From the NCBI GenBank assembly GCA_039802605.1, contig JBDRWW010000002.1, positions 160,001 through 224,000 of the forward strand: a stretch of DNA of 64,000 nucleotides. The letters are read 5' to 3'. Shown piece after piece: positions 60,670 to 64,000 of this stretch (its first letter is position 1; every line of letters starts with the position of its first letter). The translations under genes and the position numbers were made by a program. Under the pieces are notes generated by a model. That model was not told the origin of the DNA, searched no databases, and was given only the letters and a program-made list of their open reading frames with translations. This stretch comes from a candidate division WOR-3 bacterium (lineage in GTDB: Bacteria; Hydrothermota; Hydrothermia; LBFQ01).

Positions 60670-60684
60670 TGCAAATCATTTGCA
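60670..60684. promoter_or_regulatory. Perfect 7-1-7 inverted repeat TGCAAAT-C-ATTTGCA, a candidate operator of the nos operon
   Basis: Palindrome in the 100-bp intergenic gap, ending 35 nt upstream of TATAAT (60719). Confidence 0.55.
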
Positions 60685-60732
60685 GGAAAGTCCCTTTTTA
60701 ACAAAAGCCTTACCACTTTATAATGTTGGCTT

Positions 60733-61221
60733 ATGAAAAGAGTACTTAATCAAATTATCATAAATCCCGTGCTAGTACTCCTCCTGATAACCGGTTGTGG
60801 GGGTTCAAAGGGTTCGGAGGAAAAGGCGGAAAACACCCAACAAAGGGAAACCGTACAGCAAACCCAAGAGATAGATCCGATGAAAAATAAAGGTATCGGG
60901 CCCATAAAGGAGGTAAAAATGACACCACAAATAGACAAAGAACTGGCCAAGAAAGGTGAGGAAATTTTCAAAACCAAGTGTTCCGCCTGCCATAAGTTGG
61001 ACGAAAGGTATGTGGGGCCCGCACTAAAAGGGGTTACCAAAAGGAGAACACCCGAGTGGATTATGAATATGATTTTAAATCCAGAGGAGATGACGAAAAA
61101 TGACCCAATAGCGAAGAAGCTTTTAGAGGAGTATTTAACGCAGATGACTTTCCAAAATGTTAGCGAAGATGAGGCAAGGGCCATACTTGAATATTTTAGG
61201 CTTGTGGATTCACAAGAATGA
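60733..61221 (+). CDS. nos-associated monoheme cytochrome c lipoprotein
   Basis: Lipobox LITGC; CSACH; WIMNMILNPEEM; immediately upstream of nosZ. Confidence 0.92.
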   Translation: MKRVLNQIIINPVLVLLLITGCGGSKGSEEKAENTQQRETVQQTQEIDPMKNKGIGPIKEVKMTPQIDKELAKKGEEIFKTKCSACHKLDERYVGPALKGVTKRRTPEWIMNMILNPEEMTKNDPIAKKLLEEYLTQMTFQNVSEDEARAILEYFRLVDSQE

Positions 61222-61237
61222 AAACATGGAGGGAATT

Positions 61238-63229
61238 ATGAAAAGGGCCATTTTCATAGGTGGAGCACTGGCGATAGTGGGCACGGGCATCCTGTTTTTG
61301 GGGTGCCCACCCAAGGAGAAGACCGCGGCAGGTATGGAAGATGCGGCAAAAGCCGTATATGTACCACCCGGACAGTATGACGAGTTTTACGCTTTCCTCT
61401 CCGGCGGGTTTGAAGGACAACTCGCGGTACACGGGCTTCCATCCGGTAGGCTCTTAAAGATAATACCCGTATTCTCACAGTTCCCGAGGAACGGATATGG
61501 GTATTCCGAGGAAACAAAAGCCTTTCTCATGACCTCCCACGGGTTTATACCATGGGGTGATGCGCATCACCCCCAACTTTCGCAAACCGACGGTGTTCCG
61601 GATGGAAGGTGGGTATTCATAAACGAGAACAACACCCCGAGAATTGCGAGGATAGACCTCAGGAAGTTTGAAACGGTTGAAATACTTGAAATACCGAATA
61701 ACGGTGGCGCACACTCATCACCCTTTATAACACAGAATACGGAATATATCGTTACGGGGACGAGGTTTTCCGTACCCTTTGATATAAAAACCGGAAAACT
61801 CCTTGATGTACCCATATCCTCTTATGCGGAAAACTTCAAGGGTACTATAACATTTGTGAAGGTTAATAACGACCCCAATTACAAGGGTGAGGATAGGATG
61901 TCCATAGCATTCCAGATTTTAGTTCCCGGATATGATTACGATCTGGCCCATTGCGGTAAGGGTCCGTCTCATGGTTGGTGCTTCTTCACATCTTATAATA
62001 CGGAAAAGGCGCATACCCTATTAGAGGCTAACGCTTCCCAAAAGGATAAAGACTATATTTTGGCCGTGAACTGGAAGAGGGCGGAGGAATGCTTAGCGCA
62101 GGGTAAGGGCCACAAATATCAGGCAACCTACTATCACAACTATTACGACGAAAAGAAGCATATGGCGGTTTCAAGGGTAGAAAAGGAAGTAACGGTTTTG
62201 ATTCCCGAAGAGTGCCCGGGTCTGGCTTATTTCCTACCGACACCAAAATCCCCCCATGGCGTTGATGTTGATCCCACCGGTGAATACATAGTTGCAGGTG
62301 GAAAACTCTCCGCAGATTTGCCAATACACTCTTTCAGCAAGATGATAAAGGCAATTGAAAACAGGGAATTTGAGGGGGAGGATTTCGGTATCCCCGTAAT
62401 AAAGTTTGAAGCGGTAAATCATTGCCTTGTGCCCAAGGCCTGCTTGGGTCCTCTACATACGGAGTTTGATGGGAAGGGATACGGTTATACATCCTGCTTC
62501 GTAAGTTCGGAGATTATAAAGACAGACCTGAAAGAGTGTAAGGTCGTTGATAGGATACCCACTTACTACGCAATAGGGCACCTAATGATTCCCGGAGGCG
62601 GTTCGAGGAAGCCGTGGCCAAAGTTCGTACTAGCAATGAACAAGATAACAAAGGATAGGTATCTTCCCACCGGTCCGGAACTCAACCAATCCGCACAATT
62701 AATAGATATAACGGGTGAGAAGATGAGGATGCTACTTGACTTCCCAACCGTCGGGGAGCCGCATTATGCCCAAGCAATTCCCGCAGAACTCGTAAAGGAT
62801 AAGTCTTTAAAGGTTTACAACTTGAACGAAAACGAGCACCCCTATGCCGTTAAAAGCGAGGCGGAAACCAAGGTGGTAAGGCAAGGTAATGTCGTCCATG
62901 TGTATATGATTGCCATAAGAAGCCACTTTACACCGGATAACATAGAGGGTATAAAGGTTGGAGACACCGTCTATTTCCATGTGACAAATCTTGAGCAGGA
63001 TTGGGATATACCCCATGGCTTTGCGGTTATGGGTGCGGAAAGCCCGAACATACTCGTAATGCCCGGCGAGACGAGAACCCTAAGGTGGGTACCCAAAGAA
63101 CCCGGAGTGTATCCTTTCTATTGCACGGACTTCTGCTCGGCCTTACATCAAGAAATGCAGGGATATGTTAGGGTATCGCCCGCAAACGCCAAGGTTGAGT
63201 TAAAGTGGGGAACGAATAAGCAATTGTAA
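61238..63229 (+). CDS. nosZ: Sec-dependent (clade II) nitrous-oxide reductase, lipoprotein
   Basis: CuZ His motifs DAHH, GAH, SPHG, GPLH, GEPH; CuA site HGF...CTDFCSALHQEM; no twin-Arg; GGAGG precedes ATG 61238. Confidence 0.97.
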   Translation: MKRAIFIGGALAIVGTGILFLGCPPKEKTAAGMEDAAKAVYVPPGQYDEFYAFLSGGFEGQLAVHGLPSGRLLKIIPVFSQFPRNGYGYSEETKAFLMTSHGFIPWGDAHHPQLSQTDGVPDGRWVFINENNTPRIARIDLRKFETVEILEIPNNGGAHSSPFITQNTEYIVTGTRFSVPFDIKTGKLLDVPISSYAENFKGTITFVKVNNDPNYKGEDRMSIAFQILVPGYDYDLAHCGKGPSHGWCFFTSYNTEKAHTLLEANASQKDKDYILAVNWKRAEECLAQGKGHKYQATYYHNYYDEKKHMAVSRVEKEVTVLIPEECPGLAYFLPTPKSPHGVDVDPTGEYIVAGGKLSADLPIHSFSKMIKAIENREFEGEDFGIPVIKFEAVNHCLVPKACLGPLHTEFDGKGYGYTSCFVSSEIIKTDLKECKVVDRIPTYYAIGHLMIPGGGSRKPWPKFVLAMNKITKDRYLPTGPELNQSAQLIDITGEKMRMLLDFPTVGEPHYAQAIPAELVKDKSLKVYNLNENEHPYAVKSEAETKVVRQGNVVHVYMIAIRSHFTPDNIEGIKVGDTVYFHVTNLEQDWDIPHGFAVMGAESPNILVMPGETRTLRWVPKEPGVYPFYCTDFCSALHQEMQGYVRVSPANAKVELKWGTNKQL

Positions 63230-63235
63230 AACCTT

Positions 63236-63262
63236 GGGGGGGTCAATCCCCCCCGATTTTTT
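63236..63262 (+). terminator. Stem-loop after nosZ (partial terminator or mRNA stabiliser)
   Basis: G7-TCAAT-C7 followed by GATTTTTT. Confidence 0.65.
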
Positions 63263-63277
63263 ATAAGGAGGTGTGAT

Positions 63278-63847
63278 ATGACGGTAAAATGCAATATGGG
63301 TTGCCGTATATTCGTAGGGTTGGCGGCCCTAATTCTATTTATTGCCCTTGTATTCCCGATATGGTCTTACTACATAACGGCACCCCAATACCCCGAAGGC
63401 TTATACCTACACATATACGCCAACAAATTAACGGGAAATCTTGACAACATAAACACATTAAACCACTATGTGGGTATGAAACGCATACACCCGGATTCCT
63501 TCCCGGAATTAAAAATTATACCTTTTATAATAATCGGCTTGGCGATCCTTGGTATATTGGTATCGGTTATAGGCAATAGGGTTTTAGCCGCACTCTGGTT
63601 AATAATATTTGGAATTTTGGGAATTGTCGGGTTGGCGGACTTTTATAAGTGGTTATACCATTACGGCCACGATTTGGATCCAAATGCCCCCTTAAAACTC
63701 GGAACGGATTATACACCACCAATAATAGGTATTAAGAAGATGCTGAATATAACGATCTATGCCTATCCTCATATAGGTGGCTTAGCCGTATTCCTATCCG
63801 CGTTTCTGGGTTTCTTAGGGATTTTATGGGCATATCGCAAAAAATGA
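63278..63847 (+). CDS. nosB: NosB-like four-TM membrane protein of clade II nos clusters
   Basis: APQYPEGL, INTLNHYVGM, YGHDLDP.AP, YTPPIIG. Confidence 0.88.
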   Translation: MTVKCNMGCRIFVGLAALILFIALVFPIWSYYITAPQYPEGLYLHIYANKLTGNLDNINTLNHYVGMKRIHPDSFPELKIIPFIIIGLAILGILVSVIGNRVLAALWLIIFGILGIVGLADFYKWLYHYGHDLDPNAPLKLGTDYTPPIIGIKKMLNITIYAYPHIGGLAVFLSAFLGFLGILWAYRKK

Positions 63848-64000
63848 AAAGGCTTTTATTACTTTTATCTCTAACGCTTTCCTGTTCCCCCAAACCCCAA
63901 CCGATAAACTATGGGAAAGATGCCTGCGATTATTGCCGTATGATAATATCCGACAAGAGGTTTGGAGGGGAAATAGTTTTAAAAACCGGGAAGGTTTATA
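63844..64000 (+). CDS. nosL: NosL copper chaperone lipoprotein (5' part; runs off window end)
   Basis: Manual translation MKRLLLLLSLTLSCSPKPQPINYGKDACDYCRMIISDKRFGGEI, with a lipobox and CxxCxM. Confidence 0.88.
   Translation, partial: MKRLLLLLSLTLSCSPKPQPINYGKDACDYCRMIISDKRFGGEIVLKTGKVY

Noticed and set aside
1079..63016. Numerous antisense and alternate-frame ORFs (for example 1892-2410, 3295-3819, 8522-9124, 15789-16367, 53663-54136)
   Set aside because: They are shadows of well-supported genes, with no motifs or independent start signals.

Overview
This is a very densely coded bacterial chromosome segment of about 70 CDS and one tRNA-Phe. I found no CRISPR array, IS element, prophage or rRNA. 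The content points to a thermophilic diderm heterotroph with an FCB-type type IX secretion system (PorV plus three cargo proteins with C-terminal sorting domains). A WOR-3/Caldipriscus-like lineage is my inference, not a database result. Most genes are housekeeping genes in scrambled order (accA, pyrD/E, nuoB, pgk, icd, glyQ, lpdA, folD, argS, purF, topA, rplU, rpmA, gpsA, fba, cysS, lysS). The main points of interest are: (1) a tightly coupled four-gene operon encoding an archaeal-type KaiC ATPase with a CxxC at the Arg finger, a membrane SDH/Clp-fold protease, an HTH regulator and a macrodomain; (2) a clade II nos cluster (cytochrome c, nosZ, nosB, nosL, running off the window end) with a perfect 7-1-7 palindrome upstream and an orphan paralogous cytochrome c; (3) a TAnAAT -10 box 6-10 nt before about 27 transcription-unit start codons, implying near-leaderless mRNAs; (4) apparently ultra-short signal peptides and shortened T9SS sorting domains; (5) a DivIVA/FHA-TM-TPR pair lying between rplU and rpmA, with a TPR paralogue nearby; (6) several local oddities: a frameshifted MFS gene, a lipoprotein with no canonical start codon, unannotated small ORFs, and degenerate catalytic motifs in ArgRS and FolD.
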